A stretch of DNA of 64,000 bases from Gemmatimonadaceae bacterium (GCA_051859245.1 JBHYGA010000001.1:1765506-1829505), one strand, 5' to 3'. Counted from the stretch's first letter, positions 50,008 through 60,012 are shown. The notes: generated by a model from the sequence alone, not told the origin. Program-made: numbers and translations.

Positions 50008-50810
50008 CAGACGACTCGCTCCACCATGGAACTGTTGACCAAACGACCTGCCTCGAACGTCATTGTCCGATCCGCCTTGGCAGCCAGGGACAGGTTGTGT
50101 GTGACGACAACGAGCCCCAGCCCCATTTCCCGCGCCAGCGATCCGAACAGCTCGTGCAATCGCTCGGCGTTTCCCTGATCCAGATTGCCACTTGGTTCGT
50201 CGGCAAGCAATACCGCCGGGCCGGCCGCCAGCGCTCGCGCCACCGCCGCCCGTTGCTGCTCGCCACCGGAAAGTTCCGAGGGCCGATGGTGCCGGCGCGA
50301 CGACATGCCCACGCGCTCCAACAACGATTCGGCGCGTTCCTTGGCCACGGAAGCCGGTTTCCCGGCGATGCGCAGCGGAAACATGACATTCTCCAGCGCC
50401 GAAAACTCGCGCAGGAGGTGATGGAATTGAAACACGAAACCCACCGTTCGGTTCCTGAGCGCCGCGAGTGCGTCATCACTCAACCGCGCCACCGATGTCC
50501 CGGCGAGCAACACTTCGCCGGAGGTGGGACGTTCCAACGCGCCGAGCACATGGAGAAACGTGCTCTTGCCGGAGCCGCTGGCCCCTACAATCGCCACCAT
50601 TTCACCACGATGTACGGCCAGGTCGGCGCCGCTGAGCACATGTACGACACCACCGTCACCGCCGGGAAATGACTTGGTGACCGCGCGTGCTTCAATCACG
50701 ACATCGCGCGATTCCGCATCACGCGAATCCCCTTCACGCGATTCCGCATCACGTGATGCCACGTGGCTCACGTTCGCGTCGACAGTTTCCGGGCGCGGTT
50801 CGTTCATCAA
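50007..50810 (-). CDS. lolD: Lipoprotein-releasing ABC ATPase LolD
   Basis: GASGSGKST, GFVFQFHHLL.EFSALENV, LSGGEQQR; follows lolC/E. Confidence 0.9.
   Translation of the reverse strand: MMNEPRPETVDANVSHVASRDAESREGDSRDAESRDVVIEARAVTKSFPGGDGGVVHVLSGADLAVHRGEMVAIVGASGSGKSTFLHVLGALERPTSGEVLLAGTSVARLSDDALAALRNRTVGFVFQFHHLLREFSALENVMFPLRIAGKPASVAKERAESLLERVGMSSRRHHRPSELSGGEQQRAAVARALAAGPAVLLADEPSGNLDQGNAERLHELFGSLAREMGLGLVVVTHNLSLAAKADRTMTFEAGRLVNSSMVERVV
50696..50757 (-). repeat. 15-bp tandem repeat (4 units) in the lolD 5' end
   Basis: Encodes SRDAE-SREGD-SRDAE-SRDVV; CGCGATTCCGCATCACG occurs twice. Confidence 0.8.
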
Positions 50811-52078
50811 TCGTGCCGGATGGCGTCGACCGGATACAGGCGCGCTGCCTGTCCCGCCGGGTAGATCGTGGCCAACGACGCAACCGCAACACTCGCCAGC
50901 ACGGTGAGCACCACATCCATCGGCTCCGTAAAGAGCGGCAAGTAGTCGATGAAATACACCGCCGGATTCAGCGGAATCGGGAACACGTGCTCGAGCACGA
51001 ACACGATGACCAGCCCGAGCAACACACCCGCGCCCGTGCCAACGATTCCAATCACCATGCCCTGAAGCAGAAAAATCCGGCGAATTGAACGCGCCGGCAG
51101 TCCCATCGCACGCAGAATGCCAATCTCACGCGTTTTGTCGGACACAACCATCGTGAGTGTCGACACAATATTGAACGCCGCGATCATGATGATGAGCATC
51201 AGAATGACGCCCATGCCAAGCTTCTCAAGGTTCAGCGCCTGAAACAGCGCTTCGTTCTGCTTTTGCCAGTCGACCGAATGCACGTTAGCATTGAGCGCGG
51301 CGACCAGCGAGTCACCAACCTCGGGCGCGATCATACGATCGGTCGCGCGGATTTCGAGTCCGGTGACATCGTTGCCAAGCGCCGCGAATCGTTGCGCGGC
51401 CTCGAGTCCGACGTATACATACACGTTGTCGTACTCGTACATGCCGGTTTCAAAAATCCCCGTGACCACGAAGGTGTCCACGCGTGCACTCACCGGCATA
51501 CCGGTGGACGCGCTGTATTCCACACTGTTGAAGCCGAGCATGGTAATGGTATCACCGGGCCAGGCGTTCAACTTCGCGGCCAGTGTCTTGCCAACCACAG
51601 CGCCGTTTGCCTGCCCGTTCTTCGTGAACGTGAACGAACCGAGAATTGCCTTCTCACGAATCGTGGTGACCGCCAGACTGTCACGCGGTGTTTCTTCCAG
51701 ACCGACCAGCTGCGCGCCCGTTTGAAAACTGCTGCCGCTCGCAATCAACCCTTCACTCTGAACAAACGGGGCAACTGCGACAACGCCAGGCACGGTTCTC
51801 GCTTTCACGAGCAACGCATCCCAATCGCTCAACCGCAGCTCGTCGCCGAAGGGCAGAATGCGCACATCGGGTGAGCCAATGAGAATCTTCTCACGCAGAT
51901 CCCGCTGCAGCCCATTCATGACGCCCATGATGACAATGAGCGCCGCTACGCCCACCAGCACGCCGCCAATGGCGATCACGCTGATGAGCGAGAGCAATCT
52001 CGATCCGCGACGACTGCGCAAGTAACGCCACGCAATCGCGAGTTCGAGCCGACCGAGCGACGGCGCCGCTGAACTCAC
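50807..52078 (-). CDS. lolC: Lipoprotein-releasing ABC permease LolC/E
   Basis: IAWRYLRSRR, VMNGLQ, AAFNIVSTL.M.V.DK.REIGILRAMG, IYPA..AA.L.P. Confidence 0.88.
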   Translation of the reverse strand: MSSAAPSLGRLELAIAWRYLRSRRGSRLLSLISVIAIGGVLVGVAALIVIMGVMNGLQRDLREKILIGSPDVRILPFGDELRLSDWDALLVKARTVPGVVAVAPFVQSEGLIASGSSFQTGAQLVGLEETPRDSLAVTTIREKAILGSFTFTKNGQANGAVVGKTLAAKLNAWPGDTITMLGFNSVEYSASTGMPVSARVDTFVVTGIFETGMYEYDNVYVYVGLEAAQRFAALGNDVTGLEIRATDRMIAPEVGDSLVAALNANVHSVDWQKQNEALFQALNLEKLGMGVILMLIIMIAAFNIVSTLTMVVSDKTREIGILRAMGLPARSIRRIFLLQGMVIGIVGTGAGVLLGLVIVFVLEHVFPIPLNPAVYFIDYLPLFTEPMDVVLTVLASVAVASLATIYPAGQAARLYPVDAIRHD

Positions 52079-52121
52079 GCGCCGCGACCGAAGGTGATCA
52101 ACGGGATCACGCGTGGCGGTG

Positions 52122-53651
52122 TCATTCGGGACGCATCGTGGGAAACAATATCACGTCGCGAATGTTGGCAGTGTCGGTGAGGTACATGAGCAGGCGATCA
52201 ATGCCAATGCCCACGCCACCGGTTGGTGGCATGCCGTACTCCATGGCGCGCAGATAATCCTCATCCACCATGGTGGCTTCGTCATCACCTGCCGCGCGCA
52301 AACGCGCCTGCGCTTCGAACCGCTCACGCTGGTCAATCGGATCGTTCAACTCGGAAAATGCATTGGCCAGCTCCTTGCCGCGCGCAAACAATTCGAAACG
52401 CTCCGTGAGTTCCGGATTGCCGCGCTTGGGCTTCGCGAGTGGCGAAAGCGCCTTGGGATAATCCACCACAAACGTGGGCGTATCGATCTTGGACTCCACC
52501 AGTGCCTGAAACAGTTCGTCGAGCAATTTCGGACGACTCAGCGTGCCGGGACGTTCGACACCCACGCGCGCCGCTACCTCTTTCAACCCTGCGTCATCGA
52601 GTGCCGTCACATCGACACCAGCGCCCTTGTTGAGGGAGCCAACCCACTCGATGCGCGGAAACGGCGTAGTGAGCACCGGCACCTTCTCACCAATCACCGG
52701 TACCGTGCGCAGCACATCCGCCGCGGCCACCAGCAACGACTCCACGCGCGTCATCATGCCCTGATAATCTGCGTACGCTTCGTAAAACTCGAGCATCGTA
52801 AACTCCGGATTGTGTGTCCGGTCAATGCCCTCGTTGCGGAAGTCGTGGCCAATTTCGTACACGCGCTCAAAGCCGCCCACAATCAGGCGCTTGAGATACA
52901 GTTCGTCCGCAATGCGCAGATAGAGCGGCATGTCGAGCGCGTTGTGATGCGTGATAAACGGACGCGCTGCGGCGCCACCGTACAGTGGCTGCAACACCGG
53001 CGTTTCCACTTCGAGATAGCCGAGGTCGTCGAGATGACGACGAATCGTACGCGTGAGCAGCGAGCGCGCCGTGAACAACGCGCGCACCTCTGGATGCACC
53101 GCCAGATCCGCATAGCGCTGACGCGCGCGCATTTCCGTGTCGCTGAACGCGGAGTAGCGCACCACCTGCCCGTCGACCACGGCCTCTTTGCCAAACGGCA
53201 GCGGACGCAGCGCCTTGGCCAGCAGCGTGAGCTCGGTGACACGCACCGTGACTTCGCCAGTGCGTGTTCGCATCAGCGGACCGCTCACACCGATCACGTC
53301 CGACACGTGCAACTCGCCAGCCGTGGCCCACACCTCTTCGCCCAACTCGTCGCGGCGCATGTAGAGCTGCAAGCGACCATCCTGGTCCACCAGATTCGCG
53401 AACGCCGTCTTGCCCTGCGAGCGCCACGACGCAACACGACCCGCGAGTCGCACGATCGGCCCTTCTTCGCTTTCGCCAAGCAGCGCGCGCGCTTCGGCGG
53501 TGGAGTGCGTGCGATCAAAGCTGTACGCGAACGGCTCGACACCACGCTCGCGCAATCGCGTGAGTGCGGCAATGCGATCCCGCATTACGAAGCCGAGATC
53601 TTCGCCCTCGCTGCCCGCGTCGTTTGGCGTGTCGTTGGCGGCATCACTCAC
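52122..53651 (-). CDS. lysS: Lysine--tRNA ligase (class II)
   Basis: OB anticodon domain, YLRIADELYLKRL, FRNEG, HNPEF, GMPPTGG.GIGIDRL. Confidence 0.98.
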   Translation of the reverse strand: MSDAANDTPNDAGSEGEDLGFVMRDRIAALTRLRERGVEPFAYSFDRTHSTAEARALLGESEEGPIVRLAGRVASWRSQGKTAFANLVDQDGRLQLYMRRDELGEEVWATAGELHVSDVIGVSGPLMRTRTGEVTVRVTELTLLAKALRPLPFGKEAVVDGQVVRYSAFSDTEMRARQRYADLAVHPEVRALFTARSLLTRTIRRHLDDLGYLEVETPVLQPLYGGAAARPFITHHNALDMPLYLRIADELYLKRLIVGGFERVYEIGHDFRNEGIDRTHNPEFTMLEFYEAYADYQGMMTRVESLLVAAADVLRTVPVIGEKVPVLTTPFPRIEWVGSLNKGAGVDVTALDDAGLKEVAARVGVERPGTLSRPKLLDELFQALVESKIDTPTFVVDYPKALSPLAKPKRGNPELTERFELFARGKELANAFSELNDPIDQRERFEAQARLRAAGDDEATMVDEDYLRAMEYGMPPTGGVGIGIDRLLMYLTDTANIRDVILFPTMRPE

Positions 53652-54770
53652 GGGGCACTTCCTGTCGAAATGTCGCCCGACTGCTTGAGGTACGCTTCGA
53701 TAAAGGGATCGATACCACCAAGCATGACTTTCTCCACGTCGGCAATCTTGAGTTCGGTTCGGTGATCGTTCACCATGGTGTACGGCTGGAATACATACGA
53801 GCGAATCTGGCTGCCAAACGAGACGTCCATTTTGTTTGCGTCAATCGCCGCCTTCGCGGCCATCTGCTTATCAAGCTCCAGCTGGTAGAGTTTGTTCTTC
53901 AGCTGCTTCATGGCGTGCCCACGATTCTTGAGCTGCGAACGCTCCGCCTGCGACGACGTGACGAGGCCGGTGGGAATGTGCGTGAGACGCACGGCGCTCG
54001 ACGTCTTGTTGACGTGCTGTCCACCGGCGCCAGACGCGCGAAACACATCCATTTTGATGTCTTCTTCGCGGATCTCGATGTTGATTTCATCGTTCACCAT
54101 GGCGTACACAAACACCGACGCAAACGATGTGTGTCGACGCGCCTGCGAATCGAACGGCGAAATGCGCACGAGTCGATGCACGCCCGATTCCGCCTTGAGA
54201 AATCCGTACGCGTACTGCCCCTTGATCTCGAGTACCGCGCCTTTGATGCCCGCTTCTTCACCCTCGGACACGTCCATGAGATCGACGGTGTAACCGCGCT
54301 TCTCCGCCCATCGCGTGTACATGCGCATCAGCATCTGCGCCCAATCCTGCGCCTCGGTACCACCGGCGCCGGCCGAGATTTCCACCTGCGCGTCGCGCAC
54401 GTCGTCAGGATGGCGGAGCAGCGAGCGCAACCCGAAGGCTTCCAGCTCGGTCTGCATACCCACGACGTCGGCATCGAGGTCGGCGTTCATTGCCGCGTCG
54501 GGCTCAACCTCAAGCAGTTCGTGAAGCTCCTGCGCCGCCTTCACGCGCGACACCAACGCGTCGAACGGATCAACCCACGCCTTGAGCGTCTTGACCTCTT
54601 TCACCACTTCCTGCGCGCGCTCCTGCGAGTTCCAGAACGAGCCCTCGGCCATTTCGTTCTCGAGGGCCATCAACGTCAGGCGTTTGGTCTCCAGGTCAAA
54701 GGAACCTCCGCATGTCATCCAGCTTCGTGGCGGCCTGTTCAAGGATCGCCCCGCGATTTCCGTCCAGCAT
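53648..54770 (-). CDS. prfB: Peptide chain release factor 2 with programmed +1 frameshift
   Basis: GGAGG SD, ATG 54770, 24 codons ending CGG AGG TTC CTT TGA C; +1 frame continues DLETKR and contains SPF and GGQ motifs. Confidence 0.97.
54695..54710 (-). promoter_or_regulatory. prfB frameshift cassette (internal SD + CTT TGA C)
   Basis: GGAGG 3 nt upstream of CTT (54701-54699), TGA 54698-54696. Confidence 0.95.
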
Positions 54771-54925
54771 TCTGCCTCCACGAACGACACGAGCCGACGC
54801 CCCGGAACAGGGCGCGGCTCGCAAGAAAACTTCACGTTGCCGTTGGGAAAGATACTCGGCGCACACGCCACGCTCCAGTCAACCTCGCGAGGATCCACTC
54901 CCTCACGCTGCGGAGATTAAGGACG

Positions 54926-55657
54926 CTAGAAAATGCGCTGTCCGCTGGCCAGGATGTCGTTGAGCGCTTCCTGAAAGTGTGGCGTCGACTCGGCCAGCTC
55001 TTTCCCCACCTGGTCCACATACTCTTCATAGCTCTTCTTGATTTCTTCACGAAAGAGCTGTCGGAGCGTGCCCTGCGCCAGGCCTTCATCACGCTTTTTC
55101 GGGTGATACGCGACGAGGTCTGACACCAATGCCCGGGCCAGTCGCTTGGCGCGCTGTCCCGGATCGGCGTTCAGGAACGGATTAATCGCCCGACGCGGCG
55201 TTGGTGCCGCCGGCGCGACCTCGGCGCTCGCTTGCGGCGCCGGCCGAGGTACCATCCCGGGCGCGGCTGACGGCGTCGCGTTTCGCGGCGAAACGGCGCC
55301 CAGGATACCGCCTGGTGTGGGCCGTACGGCCGCGAGAGGCGTGGACGCAGGGCTGATCATTGGTCCGGGGCCACTGGCGACCAGCGGGCGCGCTGTGGCG
55401 TTCCCGGCGATTGCTCCAGCCGAGAAGGCCGGTGTGGCCGAGGCCGTCACCGATGACGGTGCGGATCCACCGTAACTGGCCGTGGCCATTGCCGACACGG
55501 GCGTTCGGGCCGGTGTGCGCAGGGCACCCGTGCCGCCCGATACCACGATAATTCCACCGCACACGGAGCAGCGCGCCCGCACGCCCGTTGCCGGCACCTT
55601 GGCGGGATCCACGCGAAAGACCGAGCGGCAGTCTGGACAGCTCACCGTCATCGTCAC
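54926..55657 (-). CDS. Zinc-ribbon (MJ0042-type finger) protein with Pro/Ala linker and helical C-terminal domain
   Basis: CPDC..FRV...K......RARCSVC; C-terminal AKRLARALVSDL..Y domain. Confidence 0.8.
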   Translation of the reverse strand: MTMTVSCPDCRSVFRVDPAKVPATGVRARCSVCGGIIVVSGGTGALRTPARTPVSAMATASYGGSAPSSVTASATPAFSAGAIAGNATARPLVASGPGPMISPASTPLAAVRPTPGGILGAVSPRNATPSAAPGMVPRPAPQASAEVAPAAPTPRRAINPFLNADPGQRAKRLARALVSDLVAYHPKKRDEGLAQGTLRQLFREEIKKSYEEYVDQVGKELAESTPHFQEALNDILASGQRIF

Positions 55658-56697
55658 GTCCCCGTGCGGAGCGGAATCACCTTGGCGCCGTGATTTGGCG
55701 TCAGGCTCGCCGACGCTGTTGGCGTGGCACTCGTGCGCGCGACCTCTGACTGCTCGGCCTCGTCATCTCGACGGCGGTCCAGCGTCCAAACCGATCCCGG
55801 CAGGGTTTTGGCGTAGCTCTTCATTTCCGTGGCGAGTTCGCTGACCTCGACCGCCCGCGCAAAACGGCGGCGTTGGTTGGTGACAACACCCACCGACAGT
55901 GACATGAGCGGCACGCGGTGGAGATGGTTGCGACGATCTTTTCCGAGGAAATACCCGGCCCGACGATCGGCCTCTGAATACTGCAGCGGCGCCAACTCGT
56001 CGAACACGCGGATCACCTCATCGCACACCCTGGGCATGGCGGCGATTGGAACAATGTACAGGAAATCATCGCCGCCGATATGCCCCACAAACCCGTCCGT
56101 GCCGCACAAACCCTTCACCACGTCGTGCAAGAGCCGCGCGAGCAGCCGAATGACCTGATCGCCGTGGTAGAAGCCGTAGCGATCATTGAACTCCTTGAAG
56201 TGGTCAAGATCGGCGTAACACGCGGCAAAGACTTCATTCGCCGCGAGACGTCGTCCGAGCTCTGCTTCAATCTCGCGGGTACCCGGCAAGCGCGTTGACG
56301 GATGCACATCGGTGTCGCGATCGGAACGCCGCAGCAGTGTGAGCAGTCGCGCGGTTGCCTCGCGCGGGTTCAGATCGGTTTGCAGGACTTCGTCGGCACC
56401 CGCATCAAACGCGAGTGCGAAATCGACCGCGTCGCCCACGACCACGATTGGTACGATCGCCGTCCAGGCGTCTCGCTTGAGGCGCCGGCAGAGCGCCAGC
56501 GCTGGCGCTGTTGGACGCGCGTCAATCACAATCGCACGAGGCCGTGCGCGCAGCGCCCATTTGACGACCGCATCTCCATCGTGTGAGTGCAGCACCGTGT
56601 CACCAACATCCGAACACCACGCCGAAAGCCACGCCGGCAGCGGAGCCCCGGCGGTGACCACAATAATCGTGTCTTCGGTAATGCGTGGCTCGGTCAT
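55654..56697 (-). CDS. Receiver-like domain + GGDEF diguanylate cyclase
   Basis: DLDHFKEFND.YG...GD, GHIGGDDF, SLSVG; degenerate REC (LCRRLK, GADEV); ATG 56697 preferred. Confidence 0.88.
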   Translation of the reverse strand: MTEPRITEDTIIVVTAGAPLPAWLSAWCSDVGDTVLHSHDGDAVVKWALRARPRAIVIDARPTAPALALCRRLKRDAWTAIVPIVVVGDAVDFALAFDAGADEVLQTDLNPREATARLLTLLRRSDRDTDVHPSTRLPGTREIEAELGRRLAANEVFAACYADLDHFKEFNDRYGFYHGDQVIRLLARLLHDVVKGLCGTDGFVGHIGGDDFLYIVPIAAMPRVCDEVIRVFDELAPLQYSEADRRAGYFLGKDRRNHLHRVPLMSLSVGVVTNQRRRFARAVEVSELATEMKSYAKTLPGSVWTLDRRRDDEAEQSEVARTSATPTASASLTPNHGAKVIPLRTGT

Positions 56698-56973
56698 CCG
56701 TGCAGTGCGCGCGTGTCGGAGTCGAAGGCATCGGCCGTTGATGGCCGGCACAAATGTGCCTCTCGGAGGGCGCGTGCAGCGTTGTGCGCGACACGCATAC
56801 CCTCACGATATCCTCTCGCTAGACGATTAGTGGGCGGCGTTCGGCACGATGTAACGTAGATCACCAGAACTGTGATAGCGGTGCCGGTGGTGAACCGCCG
56901 CTACGCGTGGCGCGACGTAGCGCGACCGATTCTCCCTCGCGCGCGCCGCGCGACCGCACCGGACGTCGGTCGA

Positions 56974-57924
56974 TTAGTCGCGACGCGATGGCAGCGGAAT
57001 CGAACCGCTGATCCCGACGCGCTGCTCGCCCGCCGTGCCTTGCCCGCCGTAGACGCGCAGCCGAACGCTGACGTAGGCATCGACCAGACTGAGCGCATGG
57101 TTCGCCAGCAACAGTCCGATAAACTGCGACGTGCGTCGCGACGCATCGTTGCTGCGCGCAATCGTTTGGCGATACAAGTCCTGCTCGAGCTGCGCGTCGC
57201 GCCAACTCCAGAGAAACGCTTCACCAGCGGCGCGATTTCTGTAGAATGCGAGCGCACGCTGATACTCGGGTGATGACACATCAGGCGCGTTGTCGGGATC
57301 GCGCCAATACGTTTCGCGCGCTAACTGCCAGACAAACCCATTGAAGGTGGCCGGATCGGTCTCCGGCGAAAATCCGTTGGCTGGCGTGCGATTGTACGCG
57401 CCACTTTCAAGCACCGTTTGCATGCGTTCGTAATACGACCACGGCCCGACCGGGCGTTCACCCGTCACGCCAGCTCGCGCAACCGTTCGTGCGATCTCGC
57501 GGTACGCATCGCGTTCACGCGACGCGTCGCGACTGGAACGAACCGCCTGCAGAATCAGATATCCTTCGGCGGCGATGTACGCGACGGCGCGTTGTTGCCT
57601 GAGCCACCCCTGCCCGGCCCCTGGCACCACAGCCGACAGGAGCGGCGCGTACCACGGCGACGCATTGGGCAGTGCCACACGCGGCTGTGTCGTGGAGAAG
57701 GTGACGTCATCCAGCGCGACGACCCGCGGGGATGGAGCACCCGGAGCGCTGCGGAGAGAGTCAACACGCGCGAGCCACTGTGCGTCCGCCAACGCGGACG
57801 CGCCTGGTCGCACGACAAGCGTTCGTCGATCAATCGGCTGCGCGCCGAGCGTGGCCGACACCAAAGTCAGTGCCGACGACACACACACCACACGTAACGC
57901 GGAGCGCGCGATGGCTCGCATCAA
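56974..57924 (-). CDS. Exported or membrane hypothetical protein (DUF5683-like motif)
   Basis: Signal peptide; LLSAVVPGAGQ and S.VDAYVS motifs; 4-bp overlap with the upstream gene. Confidence 0.6.
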   Translation of the reverse strand: MMRAIARSALRVVCVSSALTLVSATLGAQPIDRRTLVVRPGASALADAQWLARVDSLRSAPGAPSPRVVALDDVTFSTTQPRVALPNASPWYAPLLSAVVPGAGQGWLRQQRAVAYIAAEGYLILQAVRSSRDASRERDAYREIARTVARAGVTGERPVGPWSYYERMQTVLESGAYNRTPANGFSPETDPATFNGFVWQLARETYWRDPDNAPDVSSPEYQRALAFYRNRAAGEAFLWSWRDAQLEQDLYRQTIARSNDASRRTSQFIGLLLANHALSLVDAYVSVRLRVYGGQGTAGEQRVGISGSIPLPSRRD

Positions 57925-58904
57925 AAGAGAAAGCGAAGCGTGACGTACGTTGGCGCCTGCCCCGCCTGGGCTGATAGCCCATCAAAGCGGCGCGCAATAT
58001 CGAGCACCATGCCTTCCGACAGAAACACACCCAACCCGAGTGCCGGACCGCCGCGCTCTCCTTCAACCAACGTGTAGCCGCCGCGGAGTGAATACTTGGA
58101 TTGATACGTGACCACGGTACCAACTCGCAAACTCAACGACTCATATGCGAGACTGCCAAGTGCATCGGCCATCACGTCGATTGCGAAGCCCGCAGAATCG
58201 AGCGATGCACTCGGAACACGAGCGCTTGCGCCGACCTGCCACGTGCGCGGCAGCGGATCCGCCTGCTCGGCGTCTTTCACCTGAAACGACGGTCCAAGCT
58301 GGCGCAGCGCCGCACCGATTGTGATGGGTGTGGTCGTGGGCAGCACGTACTGTGCACCGACATCCAGCGCGCTGCTCGATCCAACGAACTGTGGCGTTTC
58401 ACCACATAAACCGGTGCACGTAAACGCAAGGCGTGCGAACTTGTAGTTCAAACCAACGCGCAACCGCTCGCCTACCGCGGTCGCGTAGGAGGCCATAAAG
58501 ATGCTGCTGCGCACGCTGATCGTGCCGAGCTCTGCACCGGTGTTCGGATCCGTGAGTCCCTGATCGCCATAGTCCAGGATATTCGCGGTCAACGCAATGG
58601 CACCGAGAACGCGCGACGGACGCGCGTATCCGATCGCAGCGCTCGTTCCTTCAAACGACTGCGAGCCGCTCAGTGAGAGCTCGGATTTCTTCATGGCGGC
58701 GAGTGACGCCGGGTTCCACCAGACGCCATCGGCACCGAGCGTATCAGCGACCGCGGCCTCACCGGTGCCGACGCTACGCGCGCCGATCGGCAACAGCAGG
58801 AAGCCCGCCCCCTGCGCGATCACTCGTCCACCCGGCAGAACCGGAGCGAGAGACAGGGCAAGCAGGAGCAGCGGAAACAGCGAGCGGAAGGTCGCGTTGT
58901 TCAC
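57921..58904 (-). CDS. PorV/PorQ-like outer-membrane beta-barrel
   Basis: FLLLPIGARSVGTGEA..A......WWNPASLA N-terminus, amphipathic strands, DPLP, C-terminal Phe. Confidence 0.72.
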   Translation of the reverse strand: MNNATFRSLFPLLLLALSLAPVLPGGRVIAQGAGFLLLPIGARSVGTGEAAVADTLGADGVWWNPASLAAMKKSELSLSGSQSFEGTSAAIGYARPSRVLGAIALTANILDYGDQGLTDPNTGAELGTISVRSSIFMASYATAVGERLRVGLNYKFARLAFTCTGLCGETPQFVGSSSALDVGAQYVLPTTTPITIGAALRQLGPSFQVKDAEQADPLPRTWQVGASARVPSASLDSAGFAIDVMADALGSLAYESLSLRVGTVVTYQSKYSLRGGYTLVEGERGGPALGLGVFLSEGMVLDIARRFDGLSAQAGQAPTYVTLRFLF

Positions 58905-59845
58905 GCGGGGCGCTGGGGTGCAGGATCACCGTATCCGAGCCGCGCGACTGCGCCGCGCTTTTTGCGCCAGTTTGGTAGCACTTTCACCCACAGATCGAGG
59001 TACACGGGCCCACCAACGAACTGCTCGATCTTTATGCGAGCAGCGCGTCCGAGTTTTTTGATTTGTTGTCCGCCGGCACCGATCACAATGGCCTTTTGGC
59101 TATCCCGTTCAACGTAAAGAACCGCCCGAATATACAGTGGTGTTGAGCCCTCGCGGTACTCATCAATCGCACAGGCGAGTGCATGTGGAAGCTCATCACC
59201 GAGCTGCTCCATTGCCGTTTCGCGCACGAACTCAGCGCAGAAGAACCGCATGGGGAGCGTACTGATTTCATCAGCCGGATAGAGATACGGGCTTTCCGGC
59301 AGCGCGGAAGTGATGGCGCTCACCAGCGGTTCGATTCCGTCACCAGTGAGCGCCGACATCGTGATCACGGAAGGCGACTGCGCGGCCAGTGCCGCCACGA
59401 CTTCGGCTGGCATCTGATCACTCTTATTGAGCACCGTGATCACTGGCGAACGCGGCGCGTGTTCGAGTGACGCCGCCTCCTGGAATGTGGGCCACGGCGG
59501 CAGCAGCGCGGGCTCGGTGGCCACACCGATTGCCCAATCGCGAATGGCGTGCGGTTTGAGGGCGGCGGCGTCAACGAGGTACACGATCACATCAGCGTCA
59601 CGCACCGCGGCGAGCGCCGCGCCGCGCATAGCCTGATGCAGGAGATCCTTGGGATCGAGCAGGCCGGGCGTGTCGAGCACGATCATTTGCGTGTCGTTTT
59701 CCGAACGGATTCCGACTACACGATGCCTGGTGGACTGCGCTTTCGGGCTCGTGATGGCGAGTTTTTCGCCAACGAGTCGATTGAGTAGTGTGGATTTACC
59801 GGCGTTAGGCTTACCGGCGACGGTGACAATGCCGGCGCGAGACAT
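58901..59845 (-). CDS. era: GTPase Era
   Basis: GKPNAGKSTLLN, DTPG, NKSD, VERDSQKAIVIG.GG KH motif, LWVKV; ATG 59845. Confidence 0.97.
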   Translation of the reverse strand: MSRAGIVTVAGKPNAGKSTLLNRLVGEKLAITSPKAQSTRHRVVGIRSENDTQMIVLDTPGLLDPKDLLHQAMRGAALAAVRDADVIVYLVDAAALKPHAIRDWAIGVATEPALLPPWPTFQEAASLEHAPRSPVITVLNKSDQMPAEVVAALAAQSPSVITMSALTGDGIEPLVSAITSALPESPYLYPADEISTLPMRFFCAEFVRETAMEQLGDELPHALACAIDEYREGSTPLYIRAVLYVERDSQKAIVIGAGGQQIKKLGRAARIKIEQFVGGPVYLDLWVKVLPNWRKKRGAVARLGYGDPAPQRPA

Positions 59846-59967
59846 GGCAGGGAGAATGTGTGGTGATAGCTCGGAACGCAACGGCGAACTTTCGGTGTTT
59901 GCGTGGGGAGTAATGAGCTGCAGAGGATAGTACTCCGTAGCGGGTGCGTGGTGACGATTTTTCGGGA

Positions 59968-60012
59968 TAAAACACGAAACCCCCGCCACACGTGAGTGTG
60001 ACGGGGGCTTCG
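59968..60012 (-). terminator. rRNA operon intrinsic terminator
   Basis: Minus strand CGAAGCCCCCGTCACAC-TCAC-GTGTGGCGGGGGTTTCG then TGTTTT, right after 5S. Confidence 0.8.

Noticed and set aside
54771..54898. N-terminal extension of RF2, or prfB pseudogene
   Set aside because: Explained by the programmed frameshift with the true start at 54770.
31759..55123. Long + strand ORFs (31759-33243, 33971-35158, 39946-41469, 52113-53765, 53564-55123)
   Set aside because: Antisense shadows of well-supported genes, expected from high-GC codon bias; no recognisable motifs.
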